Below, one piece after another: positions 28,276-39,371 of a stretch of 64,000 bases of DNA. Made by a program: the position numbers and the translations under genes. The notes under the pieces are model-generated. The model saw nothing but the letters and a program-made list of their open reading frames with translations, did no database searches and was not told where the DNA came from. The number at the start of each line of letters is the position of its first letter. Position 1 is the stretch's first letter. The DNA is from an uncultured Planctomycetota bacterium (GTDB taxonomy: Bacteria > Planctomycetota > Planctomycetia > Isosphaerales > Isosphaeraceae). The stretch spans positions 4,544,001 through 4,608,000 of the forward strand of contig CAVTTN010000002.1 of the NCBI GenBank assembly GCA_963737655.1, given 5' to 3'.

Positions 28276-29448
28276 ATGAGAGCGACCGCCGTGAGCTTCG
28301 ACGTCTCGGACGTCTCCGCGGCGACGGAACTCCTGGGCGAGGTCCCGACCCGCGACGCGGTCGAGGCGCTGCTGACCGTCGGCCTGTCCCGGAGCGAGCG
28401 GAACTTCATCGAGCTCTTCACTCAGCGGGGGCAGTCGTTCCCGATGCCGGAGGCCCCTCCGAGACGGCCGGTCGAGTCGTGCTTCCGCTATCATGGCCGG
28501 CTGGTGGCGGAGGTGGCGTATCATCCGGTCGTGGCGGCCGTCCATCTGGCGTTCCAGGACCATCGGCCGCTGGTCCTCTCGCCCGACATCGTCTGGCTGA
28601 TGATCGTCCAGGGCGTGGCGAACCACATCAACGCGAACGCCGAGGCGCTCCGCTCGAAATTCGTCCGCCACGAAGGGCGGGCCGAGATCGTCGTCCGCCG
28701 CGACGACTTCATCAAGGGGTCGCCCGAGAACCCCTGGCCCGAGGTCTTCCGCGCCTTCTCGAAGACGATCGGCGAGCACGTCGGGCCGGCGGTAGACCTC
28801 TTCCGGCCGGGATTCTCGACCACCGGGCCGGTCGAGACGGCCGCCGCGGAGGTCGTCCTCCTGGACGCCATGCAGTCCTATTTCACCTATGTGGCGACGA
28901 GCCGATGCGGCATCCCCTCGATCACCCTGGAAGGGACCCGCAAGGACTGGGAGGCCGTCGCCGATCGGGCCAAAGCCTTCTCGAACCTCGGCCTCGACCG
29001 CTGGCTGTCGTTCCTCTCGCCGATCCTCGGCCAGTTCGTCCGGGCGTCCCGCGGGAGCGTGGACACGGCGTTCTGGAATTCGATCTACAAGCGCCACGCG
29101 GAGAGCGGAGGGGACGTCATCACCGGCTGGATCACCGCGTTCTTCCCCTACTGGAAGGACTGGGAGACCAGGCGCCCCGACCGGCCCGTCGAGGGGTTTT
29201 TCCGGGGCGGCTCGCAGGAGGCGCGGACCATGATCGAATCGCTCGGCCGGAACCGGCATGGGTTCATCCAGGGCCCGACGACCGAGAGTCTGCCCGGAGG
29301 GCTGTCAAAAGCCCCCTTCCGTTGGGAATATCTCGATCGATCGTTCGCGATGGAGTTCCTCGGCGGCTTCGTGGGCGTGAAGCAGGACGAGCAGACCCTG
29401 GCGCTCCGGCCCGAGATCGGCTGGGCGGTCCGGGAGTCGGTCTCTTGA
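28276..29448 (+). CDS. DUF4419-like protein
   Basis: AFQDHRPLVLSPDIVWL, HINANAEALR..FV.HEG, FSTT, CGIPSITLEGT..DW, ITGWIT.FFPY. Confidence 0.8.
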   Translation: MRATAVSFDVSDVSAATELLGEVPTRDAVEALLTVGLSRSERNFIELFTQRGQSFPMPEAPPRRPVESCFRYHGRLVAEVAYHPVVAAVHLAFQDHRPLVLSPDIVWLMIVQGVANHINANAEALRSKFVRHEGRAEIVVRRDDFIKGSPENPWPEVFRAFSKTIGEHVGPAVDLFRPGFSTTGPVETAAAEVVLLDAMQSYFTYVATSRCGIPSITLEGTRKDWEAVADRAKAFSNLGLDRWLSFLSPILGQFVRASRGSVDTAFWNSIYKRHAESGGDVITGWITAFFPYWKDWETRRPDRPVEGFFRGGSQEARTMIESLGRNRHGFIQGPTTESLPGGLSKAPFRWEYLDRSFAMEFLGGFVGVKQDEQTLALRPEIGWAVRESVS

Positions 29449-29978
29449 GCGACGAAGCGATCGGTCGGCTCGTCCCCGAGGAGCCATTTCCTCCGTATAC
29501 CTATGTCCCGAGATCGGGCCGACCTCATCCGCTGGCCGACCCTCGGGGCCACAGCTTCGGCCGGAGGTCGGGGGCGGTCGAGCCGCTCGACCCGGATCGG
29601 CCCGGGGCGAGCCGGCCGTACCTCGTTGGGATCGACTTGTTCAATCATGGTTACTTCTGGGAGGCCCACGAGTCGTGGGAGTCGGTCTGGCACGCCTGCG
29701 GGCGCTCGGGGACCGTGGCCGATTTCGTCCGGGCCCTGATCAAGCTCGCGGCGGCCGGGGTGAAGGCGCTGGAGGGCGTCCCCAACGGCGTGAGGACCCA
29801 TTCGGCCCGCGCGGCCGTCCTCTGGCGAGCCGTGGCCGCGATCGAGGGCGGCGAAGACGCCGTTTTCCTGGGTTTCCGGCTGCTCGACCTGATCGGACTG
29901 GCGGATTCGATCGCCCGGGACGGCTGGCCGGAAGATGCCCCGGTCCTTCGGCCGAGCTTCGGCGAAAGTCGTTCGTAG
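29445..29978 (+). CDS. DUF309 domain protein
   Basis: GIDLFNHGYFWEAHESWESVW; TTG start overlaps the upstream TGA. Confidence 0.85.
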   Translation: MSDEAIGRLVPEEPFPPYTYVPRSGRPHPLADPRGHSFGRRSGAVEPLDPDRPGASRPYLVGIDLFNHGYFWEAHESWESVWHACGRSGTVADFVRALIKLAAAGVKALEGVPNGVRTHSARAAVLWRAVAAIEGGEDAVFLGFRLLDLIGLADSIARDGWPEDAPVLRPSFGESRS

Positions 29979-30108
29979 GGTCCGCAGGAAAGGCTCCGAA
30001 TTCTCGTAGGGCAGGCCTCGGCCTGCCGATCCGTGGGGACGGCAGGCCGAGGCCTGCCCTACGAGGAGCCTACTCGATCGAAAATCGCTCGATCGCGGAC
30101 CCTACGAA
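29972..30108. repeat. Nested REP doublets
   Basis: Outer TTCGTAGGGTCCGC ... GCGGACCCTACGAA encloses inner GTAGGGCAGGCCTCGGCCTGCCG ... CGGCAGGCCGAGGCCTGCCCTAC. Confidence 0.88.
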
Positions 30109-30110
30109 AT

Positions 30111-33100
30111 TCACGCGGCCTTCGTCGCCAGGCTCCGCCTCCACCCGGCGGCGAAGACCAGCGAGAGGACCGCGAGCGAGCAGGTGAAGACGATCCCCTG
30201 CCCTCCCCCTTCGACGAACCCGTAGCTGTGGAGGCCGATCCCGAGGACGAAATTCACCCCATACCAGGCCATCAGGACCGACGAATAGCAGGCGACCGAC
30301 GCCGCCATCAGCCCGAAGGTGTTGACCCAGCCGGCGAACCGGCCGTGGAGCGGGACGAGGTAGACGAGCAGGGTGATGAGCGCCCAGACCTCCTTGGCGT
30401 CCCAGCCCCAGAACCGGCCCCAGGAGAAATCCGCCCAGACGCCGCCGAGGATCGTCCCGGCGGCGACCAGGAGGACGCCCACCTGCATCGCCCGATAGGT
30501 GAAGTTCGCCAGGGGCTTGATCCGGGACGCCGTGGCCTGGATCGCCTGGCCCCTCGGGTCGAGCTTGGCCACGGACGCCGATTCGCGGGCGCGGATCTCG
30601 GCCACGGAGGGCTTGGCCATCGTCGCGACCCCGCCGTTGCCGGACGAGGCGAACGCCTGGTGAGACTCGGCCCTGGCGGCGTCGATCTCGGCGAACTCGC
30701 CGGGGATCTCCTCGTGGCGGACGACCGCCTCGGCCTCGATCAACGCGCCTCGGGCCATCGCGCCCAGGCGGCCCAGCAGCAGGGCGCCGAAGCCGACCCC
30801 GCCGACGATCGCCGGGACGACCCAGGTGGCCAGCCAGTCGGGCCAGATCGCGGGCGTGGTCGTCAGCGCGGCGGCCGTCGTGCCGACGGTCCCGAGGGCC
30901 AGGGCGACGGCCCCGGCCACGGACGTCCGGTTCGGGAAGCGGTTCGACGCCTCGCCGAGCATGGCGACCGTCGCCGTGATCGTCGGGATCATCCCGCCGA
31001 AGACCGCCACGAACCAGAAGCCGACGAACGCGACGTTCGTCCCGAGGAAGTCTCCCGGCTTCGCGTAATGCGACCCGAGGAGCCCCGCGATCCCCGCCGC
31101 CAGCATCGGCAGGCCGACGATCAGGGGCTTCGCCAGCCGGGCGAACGACGCGTCATTCCGATACGTGGCCGACAGGTAATAGCCCAGGCCCAGGAGGCCG
31201 AGGCCCATCGCCAGCGAGAACGCCGCGTAGCTGGAAACGATCGTCAGGACGTGGATCGTCAGCCAGTAGTTGCTGCGGAGGACCGGCTGGAGGAGCTTGA
31301 TATCCGGGTCCAGGAGCGACACGTTCGCCGCCAGGATCGTGGCCAGGAGCGACACGCCCGACGCCGCCAGAGCGGCGAACTTCTTGCGATAGATCAGCTC
31401 CAGGACGAACCCGAGGACCGAGGTCATCAGCGCCACCCAGATCACGGTCTCATACATGTTCGTGACCGGGGCCCAGCCGGTGATCCTGACCCGGTAGTAG
31501 AACCCGACGATCTCCAGGGCGATCCCGCTGGCGAGGCCGGCCAGCCCCGCGACGTACAGCCCGCGATCCACGGCGAACCCCGCCGTGCCCGGCTTCGCCC
31601 CCATCCCCACGCAGATCAGGAGCAGGGCGACGGCGATCCCGTAGCCGTACGGCGCCAGGGAGAACGGAGCCAGGTGGTTGAACGTGGATTCGCGGCCCAT
31701 CTCGGCCTCGGACGGGTAGCTCACGACCCCGTGGCCGAGCGTCCGGGCCGAGGCGATCAATTCGGCCTGCTTCTCCGGCGAGAGAGGGGCCGAGGACTTG
31801 CCCAGGGCGTCGCGAACGGCGGCGAACGCGGAGACCCGCGAGGCGTTCAGGTCTTCCCAGGTCTTGTGCTTCACGTCCTTGGCCTGGAGGTACGGGACGG
31901 AGATCGACTCGCCGAGGTCGCGAGCGGCGAAGACCAGCGCATGAGCCGCCTCGGCCGAGAGATGGCCCGGCGCGGACTTTTCGCCGTCGATCACGCCCTG
32001 GAACGCCTTGCGGAAGGCCACGACCTTGGCCTCGGGCAGGCCGGCCTTGTCGAGCTCGGCCGGGTTGCCCTCCAGGACCAGGCCGATCGGCAGCCAGGCG
32101 GCCTTGTCGCGGAGCCACTCGGCGTAATTGGCGTCGTACTCGGCGTCCTTGCCGGGCACCCGCTGGGCCTTGGGCAGGAGGTCCTTGTTGTAGTCGATCA
32201 TCGCCCGGAGGACGTTCTCCTCCAACGGCGTGATGTCCGGGCCGTTCTCGCGGTCCTTCTGCGATCGCACCTTCTCGAGGGCGGCGCCGTTGAAGCCGAG
32301 GTAGGCGGGGCTGGCGGGCCGGGGGATGACGAACAGGTCATACATCGCGTTGCCGCGGGCGTCGCCGTCGCGAATCGCCCAGTACCCCATGAGCTTGTGG
32401 GCGGCGTCGAGGGCTTTTTGTTCGAGGGTCGAATAGTTCGGCTCGGCGCCTTCGCTCATGTTGTCCGAAGGCTTCCGCCTCCGGTTCAGCTCGGCGATCC
32501 ACGAGCGGAAATCGGTCCTCTGGCCGTCGACGTCGAGGTTCCCCTCGGCCAGGTCGTCGGGGGCGAGCCATTTCTGGTCGGGGCTGAGCTTGTGGGCGAG
32601 CTTCTTGAGCTCGGCGCGGTCCCGATCGGCCAGGCCCTTCATGGCGGCGACTTTCTGGAGGTCGCCGGTGCTGACCTCGGGGTCTTCCGAGAGCTTCGCC
32701 ACGACGGCCCGATCGGCGGAGTCGAGCCTGCCGGACCTGGCCAGGGCGGCGAGCGCCTCCCGGGCCGGGACCGACAGCAATTTCTGCTTCAGGGGGAGAT
32801 ACTCGACGGCGATGATCTCCTGGGCGTTCCAGAACTCGGGCCGGGCCCGCCAGTCGAGCATCGCCGCCAGGGGCTGCCAGGCGGCCGTGACGTTCCCCTT
32901 GTCGTCCTTCAGCTTGATGATCTCTCGCGTGTAGACCTGCTTGACGCGGAGGCGCGCATAGCTGTCCAGGGGCTTGATCCGGCCGCCGTCCTGGACGGCC
33001 ATCGTGCCGAGCTCGCGATACGACGGGTCGTCGCCGAGCTTCTCGGCCTTCGGGGCGGCCCCGAGGCCCGCGACCGCCAGGGCGATGATCCCCAGCGAGG

Positions 33101-33119
33101 AGAGGTGGACTCGTCTCAT
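30111..33119 (-). CDS. ccsA: Cytochrome c biogenesis protein CcsA/ResC with large N-terminal extracytoplasmic domain
   Basis: VQDGGRIKPLDSYAR, PVTNMYE, PVLRSNYWLTIHV, WADFSWGRFWGWDAKE (WWD), LHSYG. Confidence 0.93.
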   Translation of the reverse strand: MRRVHLSSLGIIALAVAGLGAAPKAEKLGDDPSYRELGTMAVQDGGRIKPLDSYARLRVKQVYTREIIKLKDDKGNVTAAWQPLAAMLDWRARPEFWNAQEIIAVEYLPLKQKLLSVPAREALAALARSGRLDSADRAVVAKLSEDPEVSTGDLQKVAAMKGLADRDRAELKKLAHKLSPDQKWLAPDDLAEGNLDVDGQRTDFRSWIAELNRRRKPSDNMSEGAEPNYSTLEQKALDAAHKLMGYWAIRDGDARGNAMYDLFVIPRPASPAYLGFNGAALEKVRSQKDRENGPDITPLEENVLRAMIDYNKDLLPKAQRVPGKDAEYDANYAEWLRDKAAWLPIGLVLEGNPAELDKAGLPEAKVVAFRKAFQGVIDGEKSAPGHLSAEAAHALVFAARDLGESISVPYLQAKDVKHKTWEDLNASRVSAFAAVRDALGKSSAPLSPEKQAELIASARTLGHGVVSYPSEAEMGRESTFNHLAPFSLAPYGYGIAVALLLICVGMGAKPGTAGFAVDRGLYVAGLAGLASGIALEIVGFYYRVRITGWAPVTNMYETVIWVALMTSVLGFVLELIYRKKFAALAASGVSLLATILAANVSLLDPDIKLLQPVLRSNYWLTIHVLTIVSSYAAFSLAMGLGLLGLGYYLSATYRNDASFARLAKPLIVGLPMLAAGIAGLLGSHYAKPGDFLGTNVAFVGFWFVAVFGGMIPTITATVAMLGEASNRFPNRTSVAGAVALALGTVGTTAAALTTTPAIWPDWLATWVVPAIVGGVGFGALLLGRLGAMARGALIEAEAVVRHEEIPGEFAEIDAARAESHQAFASSGNGGVATMAKPSVAEIRARESASVAKLDPRGQAIQATASRIKPLANFTYRAMQVGVLLVAAGTILGGVWADFSWGRFWGWDAKEVWALITLLVYLVPLHGRFAGWVNTFGLMAASVACYSSVLMAWYGVNFVLGIGLHSYGFVEGGGQGIVFTCSLAVLSLVFAAGWRRSLATKAA

Positions 33120-33153
33120 GGCGATGGGCCCCGAAGGGTGTGGTTTCGGTCGA

Positions 33154-35524
33154 TCAAAGCTCGTCATGGTCGGGCGCCTCCGTCGGGGTGGTCGGGGCGA
33201 GGGAGGCTCCGCCCTTCGCGGTCTTCTTCGCCTGGCGGGCCTCGGCGGCGGCCTTTTCCTTCTTGCCGCCGTCGGTGAAGACGCCCGCCCTCATGTAGAA
33301 TTGCACGAACGTGCCCAGGACCACGAGCAAGCAGCCGATGTAGACGACCTGCCAGGCCGGGTCGTACCGGACCTGGAAGAACGACGCATACAGGCCGTCT
33401 CGCTGGCCGGTGTCCGGGTCCGTCGCCCGGCCGAACCGGGACTGGTAGAAGGTCCAGCCCTTGTGGGTCAGCGGGCTGTTCATGAAGATCTTCCGGGGGT
33501 CGTCCTTCAGGCCCTCTTCGGGGTCCGTCAGGCCGACCTCGCTCTGATACGTGGCGAACGAGCCCGAGCCGGGGTCCTTGCCCGGCGTGAACTTCTTCAG
33601 GGAGAGCGTGAACGGCAGGGTCCGCCGGTCCATGTCGTAGCAGACCCGGTACAGGCCGCCGGGGAACTTCAGGTATTCCCAGTCGATCCCGACGCTCGGC
33701 AGCGACTTCAGGAGCGAGACGTCCTGGGTGACGCCGCCGACGGTCATCCTCGCCTGGATCGCCGGCAGGGCCTCGTCCCGGCGCTCCCGGGGGAGCTCGA
33801 CCGGCACGTACACCTGCCGGAGCTTGCCCTTGGGGATCGTCTCATCGACCCGGATGGAGAGCTGCATCGGCATGTTCTTGCCGCCGAAGACCGGCTGGGC
33901 CTTGCCGACCTCGATCGGCCCCGGTCCCTTCACGCCGTCCCGGCCGAAGGCCCGGTAATAGAGCTTGCCGGAAGCCGATCGGACGACCTCGATCACGCCG
34001 AACCGGCCCATCATCCGGCCGGGCGTTTTGGCCGAGAGCTCGGGGGGGGCGAAGTAGCCGATGCGGACGTCCCCGGGCCCGCCGCCCTCGCGGGGCAGGG
34101 ACATCGACGGCAGGAACGCCACGGCGATCTCGTTCTGGTCGGGCCGGCCCGGCTTCTTGACCGAGAACTCGGCCGTGTGCAGGACATCCTCGCCCAACGA
34201 CTGGCGGAACGCGCGCGCCCGGGGGTCCTCCGAGTCCAGGGGGCGGTCCATCAGCTGGTTGAGCGTCACCGAGGTGTCGGTGTCGGGCAGGGTCACGGTC
34301 TTGCCGATCGGCTTGTCGGTGAGGTCCCATTCATACACCCGATCGGCGCCGACCTTGTCCCTGTAGTGGACCCGGGCCATCCTGGTGGTGTTCGGGTCTT
34401 TCGGCGGGTGGAGGAAGTCGTCGAGGGCCTCCGAGGCACCAGGGCCGGACAGGTCCTGGAAGGCGACGACGGCGGGCCCGGCCTCGTTGGCGACCCGGCC
34501 GAGCTCGGGGGTGCGAATCTCCATCCAGCCCTGGCCGTCGAAGGCATCCGTCCCCGAGGACGCCCCCGGGGGTTGAGCCAGGAGGGAGAGCCGGGCGAGG
34601 ACGTGGCCCTCCGGGTCTTCTTCCGCCACCGTGACCCGTCGGCCCGAGGAGGGCAAGTAATCCTTCACGACGAACGTGAACGGGTCGGCCGGGTCGGTCA
34701 GGAGGTCGGTCCTCGGGCCCTTCGGCGTCTGGGCGACCTTGACGATCAGGGTCGTGAGCAACAGGGCGAACCCCACGAGGACGATCGAGCCGATCGGCTG
34801 GCGGAGCCATCTGGGGCTCTGCGACGACCAGTAGAGCAGGAACGCCACGAGGCCGAGGATCGACGCCCCCAGGGCCGCCCGGGAGAGCCAGTATCGGGCC
34901 TGGTACTCGGTCGTTCGCGACTCGATCGCCAGGTGGTCCGAATCCCACGAGAACGCCCCGGGGACGAACGGCAGGCTCCACGAATCGACGACCTTCACGC
35001 CGTCGGCCGAGGATTCCGATCTCGTGTATTTCTGGACGCGGATCACCGCATGGTCGATCCGCTCGACCTCCGAGGCCGACGCCCCCTCGGCCATCCCCAG
35101 CTGCCCCTCGTCGGCGAACTTCACGCTGACGAACGCCCCGACCAGGACCACGAGCAGGCCGACGTGGGTGACCACGAAGCCGATCTGCCGCTTCTTCCAG
35201 GGAAATCGGATCGTGGCGGCGCAGAAGATGTTCGCGCCGAGGAACGCCAGGAGGATGGCGAACCCCGGATGCTGATAGACGTACTGGCGGACGGCCGCCG
35301 TCCCGTAGGCCGACTCGAAGAACGTGGCGCCGGCCAGGACGAGGGCGAGCGTGGCGATGCAGAGCACCGCGAGCTTCAACGACGCGAGGAAGCGATAGAC
35401 GGCGTCGAACGCGCGGAGGACCGGGTGATCGGCCGGGCCGGGCGGCTCGACCGGCGCGGCGGGGCTCGGGGCCCTTCCTCGGACCGGGAGGATTCGGGGG
35501 AGGCTTCCGGGCGGCGGTGGCCAT
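33154..35524 (-). CDS. resB: Cytochrome c biogenesis protein ResB/CcsB (probable indel near 35465)
   Basis: FLASLKLAV, ATFFES, THVGLLVVLVG, MNSPL..GWTFYQS, YDPAW..VYIG; start MATAARK is in a neighbouring frame. Confidence 0.85.
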
Positions 35525-35633
35525 GGGCAAATCTCAGGGGGGCGGGCGGGACGGCGCTCTCTCGGCTCGGAAGGGCGGGCGGGGCGAAGCGAGCAGGCGG
35601 GGCCGTTCCGGCGCATCAAGGCGCCTCGTCGGC

Positions 35634-35639
35634 ATTGTA
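35634..35639 (-). promoter_or_regulatory. Candidate -10 box TACAAT for resB-ccsA
   Basis: ATTGTA on the + strand about 110 bp upstream of the inferred start. Confidence 0.4.
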
Positions 35640-35751
35640 TCCGCCCTGGGCCCTTTGGGCTACCTCGGGCCGGCGGGCGATCCACTGACGACAATCGTAG
35701 TCAGTCCGAAGGATATCGTCAAGAGGGTGGGCCCGGAGGCGGCTCGCCTCG

Positions 35752-37473
35752 TCAGGCCACCGGGCCGAAGCAGATCAGGGTGATGTCGTCGGCCTGCTTG
35801 GCCCCGGCGGAGAACTCGCGGATCTCCTGGAGGAGGGCCTTGCCGACGGCCTCGGGCCTCCCGGAGCACTTGCCGACCTTCGCCATCAGCCGGGGCTTCT
35901 CCTTCGAGTCGTAGAGCTCGCCCTCGGGGCTGCGGGAGTCGGGCACGCCGTCGGAGTGGACGATCACCACGTCCCCGGGGTGGAGCTTCACGGTGGTCTC
36001 GGAGTACACCGAATCGTCCATGATCCCCAGGGGGAACCCGGCGATCTCGTCGCCGATCAGGTCGATCTTGCCGGAGGCCCTCAGGACGATCACGGCGAGG
36101 TGGCCGGCGGAGATCAGGGTGAATTCGTCGGTCGAGACGTCCAGGACGCCCAGGCTCAGCGTGATGAACTTCTCCTCGATCCCCGCCGCGATCAACTGCG
36201 TGTTGAGCTGAGCGGCGGCCGGGCCGGGGCCGTCGTTGGTGAGGATGCAGAACCTCGTGTCGCCGGAGAACTTGGCCATGAGCAACGCGGCGGCCACGCC
36301 CTTGCCCGAGACGTCTCCCAGAGCCACGGCGATCCTCGACGGGCCGAGGGGGACGAAGTCGTAATAGTCGCCGCCGACCTCATAGGCCGCGTTGTAGAAG
36401 GCGAAGAACTCGTAGCCGGGCAGGGTCGGCACGGACTGCGGCAGGAACCGCTTCTGGACCTGCTCGGCCAGCTTCAAGTCGCGCTCGATCCGCTCCCGGG
36501 CGAGCATCGATTCGTGCATCGACACGTTCTGGATCGCGATGGCGGCCTGGCTGGCCACGGTGGTCAGGACGTCCAGGTCGTCCTGGCCGAACTGCTTGCG
36601 GTCGCTGGTGTCGAGCTGGATGATCCCCAGGGCCTGGCCGTCGGGCGTGACCAGCGGGGCGCACATCACCGAGCGGATCTTGAGGTCCGCGATCGAGGCG
36701 CTGGTGGGCAGATTCGCGTCGTTGCCGGCGTCCTGGCTGAGGACCGATTTCTTCTGGCCGAGGACGTGGTTGAGCAGCGATCGGCTGATGGTCAGCTGGG
36801 TCTCGTCGGCCGGGGCGCGGCCCATCAGGCCGCGGAGGCCCGTCCGGCGGTTCTCTCGGGTCTTGTGGAAGGTCTGGCGGATCGTGCGCTTGGGGTCGTC
36901 GGGCCGGACCAGGGCGAGGAACGTCCGTTCGGCCTGGGGGAAGACCTCGACGAGCGAATCCAGGATCTTCGGCGCCACGCTCTCGAGCTTCAGGTTGCTG
37001 GTGAGGTTCCGGGAGATCTCCATGATCGCCTTGAGCTTGGCCTCCGGCTTCACGGCGCAGACGAGCATGTCGGACCGGGACGCGTCGAGGGTGTGGAGGG
37101 TGGCGTCGCCGCCCTGGGTCTCGGTCACGACGACGCCGGAGGGGGCCGTGGGGACGTCCTTGGGGTCGTCGGGCGGATATTTCAGGTAGAAGACCATCTC
37201 CACGTCGCAAATATTGATGCGGTCCCCCTGTTTGAGGGGGTGGTCCTGCATGGCGGGCAGGACGATCTCGTTGAGCTTGGTGGTATTCCGCGAATTCAGG
37301 TCGACGACGAAGAACCGGTCCCCCTGGCGGCGGATCTTGGCGTGCTCCCGGGAGACCCCGTGAGGATCGAGGACGATCTGGCACTTGGGCAGGCGGCCGA
37401 TGACCGCCTCGTCGCCGGTAATCTCGACGAATTGCCCCGAGGGCGTGCCGTTCATCACAACTAGGCCAGCCAT
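35752..37473 (-). CDS. FHA-GAF-SpoIIE (PP2C) protein phosphatase
   Basis: IGR..VSREHA..SRN (FHA); SVMCAPL..GIIQLD (GAF); VGGDYYD, GDVSGKG, SDG, DDIT. Confidence 0.93.
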   Translation of the reverse strand: MAGLVVMNGTPSGQFVEITGDEAVIGRLPKCQIVLDPHGVSREHAKIRRQGDRFFVVDLNSRNTTKLNEIVLPAMQDHPLKQGDRINICDVEMVFYLKYPPDDPKDVPTAPSGVVVTETQGGDATLHTLDASRSDMLVCAVKPEAKLKAIMEISRNLTSNLKLESVAPKILDSLVEVFPQAERTFLALVRPDDPKRTIRQTFHKTRENRRTGLRGLMGRAPADETQLTISRSLLNHVLGQKKSVLSQDAGNDANLPTSASIADLKIRSVMCAPLVTPDGQALGIIQLDTSDRKQFGQDDLDVLTTVASQAAIAIQNVSMHESMLARERIERDLKLAEQVQKRFLPQSVPTLPGYEFFAFYNAAYEVGGDYYDFVPLGPSRIAVALGDVSGKGVAAALLMAKFSGDTRFCILTNDGPGPAAAQLNTQLIAAGIEEKFITLSLGVLDVSTDEFTLISAGHLAVIVLRASGKIDLIGDEIAGFPLGIMDDSVYSETTVKLHPGDVVIVHSDGVPDSRSPEGELYDSKEKPRLMAKVGKCSGRPEAVGKALLQEIREFSAGAKQADDITLICFGPVA

Positions 37474-37548
37474 GAGCGGGCTCCGGAGACGGACCGTAGG
37501 GACGAAGCGGATCGGATCGGATCGGGCGGGGTGAGGGAGGGCCGGGGA

Positions 37549-39236
37549 TCAACCCGGTCCGAGCCGGGCGACGTCGAGGATCGGGGCGGGGATGCCCAGG
37601 GCCCGAGGAGCTGTCGGCGGAGGTTCGCCAACGTCGGGGTGTCGGTCGTCTTGAGGTTCGGCGAGGCCGAGGCGCGGGCCAGGACCTCCAGCGCGAGTTC
37701 GGCCAGGGGCGGGTCCATCGCGCCGATGTTCATCGTCGAGAGCGTCGCGGCGACCTCGCCGGAATCGCCGAGGGTGGCGTCCTCGGCCGCGTGGATGACC
37801 CGGGCGAGATGCTGCCACTTCACCCGGGGGGATTCCGACCGCGCCTCGGCCGCCTCGAGCTCGGCCGACAGGGCCCGGAGGTGGTCGGCGTCCCCCTGGC
37901 GGAGCAGGGCCCGGCCGAGCTGGATATAGGCCGGATAGGTCCACTCCGAATCCTTCGGGAAGTGGCCGGCCACGGCCAGGAACGCCGCCTCGCGGTCGGT
38001 CGGCGGCGTGCGGGTCTGGGCGAAGCGGTACTGGGCGGCGGCCGTCGGCTGCTTGTTCACGCGCTCCCAGTTCGCCAGCCAGAGGCCGGGAGGGCCCGAC
38101 GGCGGGGGCGCCGAGGCCGACAAGACGTCCTCGGACCGGGCCAGCCAGCCCAGGACGCCGCCGCCGATCAGCCCGAGCGTCGCCATCGCCGCGATCCACG
38201 CCCGGCCCGGCTTCCACGACGGCGACGAGGAACCGACCGCCGCGGGGGCCGACGCCTGCGTCTCCTCCAGGGACGACGAGGCCGATCGCTGATCGGCCGA
38301 AGCCGCCGAGACCGCCGGCATCGAGGCCGTCTGGAGCCCTTCCTTGATCTTCGACAGGTCGCGGAGCATCTCGCCGGCCGACTGGTAGCGATCGGCGGGG
38401 GCCTTGGCCATGAGCTTCATGACCAGGGCGACCAGCTCTTTCGGCAGGTCGGGGCGGTGGACGGCCAGGCTCGTCGGCATCTCCCGGACGTGCTTCAAGG
38501 CCATCGCCACGGCGGTCTCGGCACGGAACGGCGGGGCCCCGGCGAGCATGTGATAGAACGTCACCCCGAGCGAGTACAGGTCGCTCCGGTGGTCCACCGA
38601 CTGGCCCTGGACCTGCTCCGGGCTCATGTACAGGGGCGTCCCGAGGGTCGTCCCCGGCTGGGTCAGGTGGAGCCGGTCTTCCTCGGTCGCCGGCCGGCTC
38701 AGGCCGAAGTCGGCGACCTTGACCCGGAGCGGCCCCTTGGTGTTCAAGAGGATGTTCTCGGGCTTGATGTCGCGATGGATCAGCCCCGCCTCGCCCGCCG
38801 CGCCGACGGCCAGGCCGGTCTGCCTCATCAGGGCCAGGGCCAGCGGCAGCTCGGGCACCCCCTTCTTCTCCAGGAGGCTCTTGAGGTTCGTCCCCTGGAC
38901 GAACTCCATCGCGATGTACCGCCGCCCCTCGACCTGGCCGACCGAATAAATATGCACGATATTCGGATGATTCAACTTCGCCGCGGTCGCCGCCTCCGCC
39001 TCGAACCGGGCCATGTAGGAGGGGTTCTTCGACAGCTCGGCCCGCAGGAGCTTGAGGGCGACCGGGCGATCCAGGCTGATCTGGCGGGCGAGGTAGACCT
39101 CGCCCATCCCGCCTCGACCCAGGACCTGGCCGACCTCGAAATCGCCCAGGGTCCGGCCCGTGAGGTCGCTGGGCGGCACCGTCGCCCAGGACGACGAGTC
39201 CTCCGAGGTTCCAGCCCCTGGCTTCGACGGATTCAT
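37549..39236 (-). CDS. Membrane-anchored Ser/Thr protein kinase (C-terminus probably frameshifted near 37600)
   Basis: GRGGMG, VALK, HRDIKPEN, DFG, GTPLYMSPE, one TM helix; ORF as given runs to 37461, while the alternative frame stops at 37549. Confidence 0.92.
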
Positions 39237-39371
39237 GCGCGACCTCGCGTCCCCGACCCCGATCAGGGCGGACCGCCCCGGGGTTCAGTGTACGGCAACC
39301 CGGGGCCGGGAGCAAACGAGAATCCGCCGCCGGATGGACAGAAGATCACGCGCGACGCGCCCGAGACGCCG

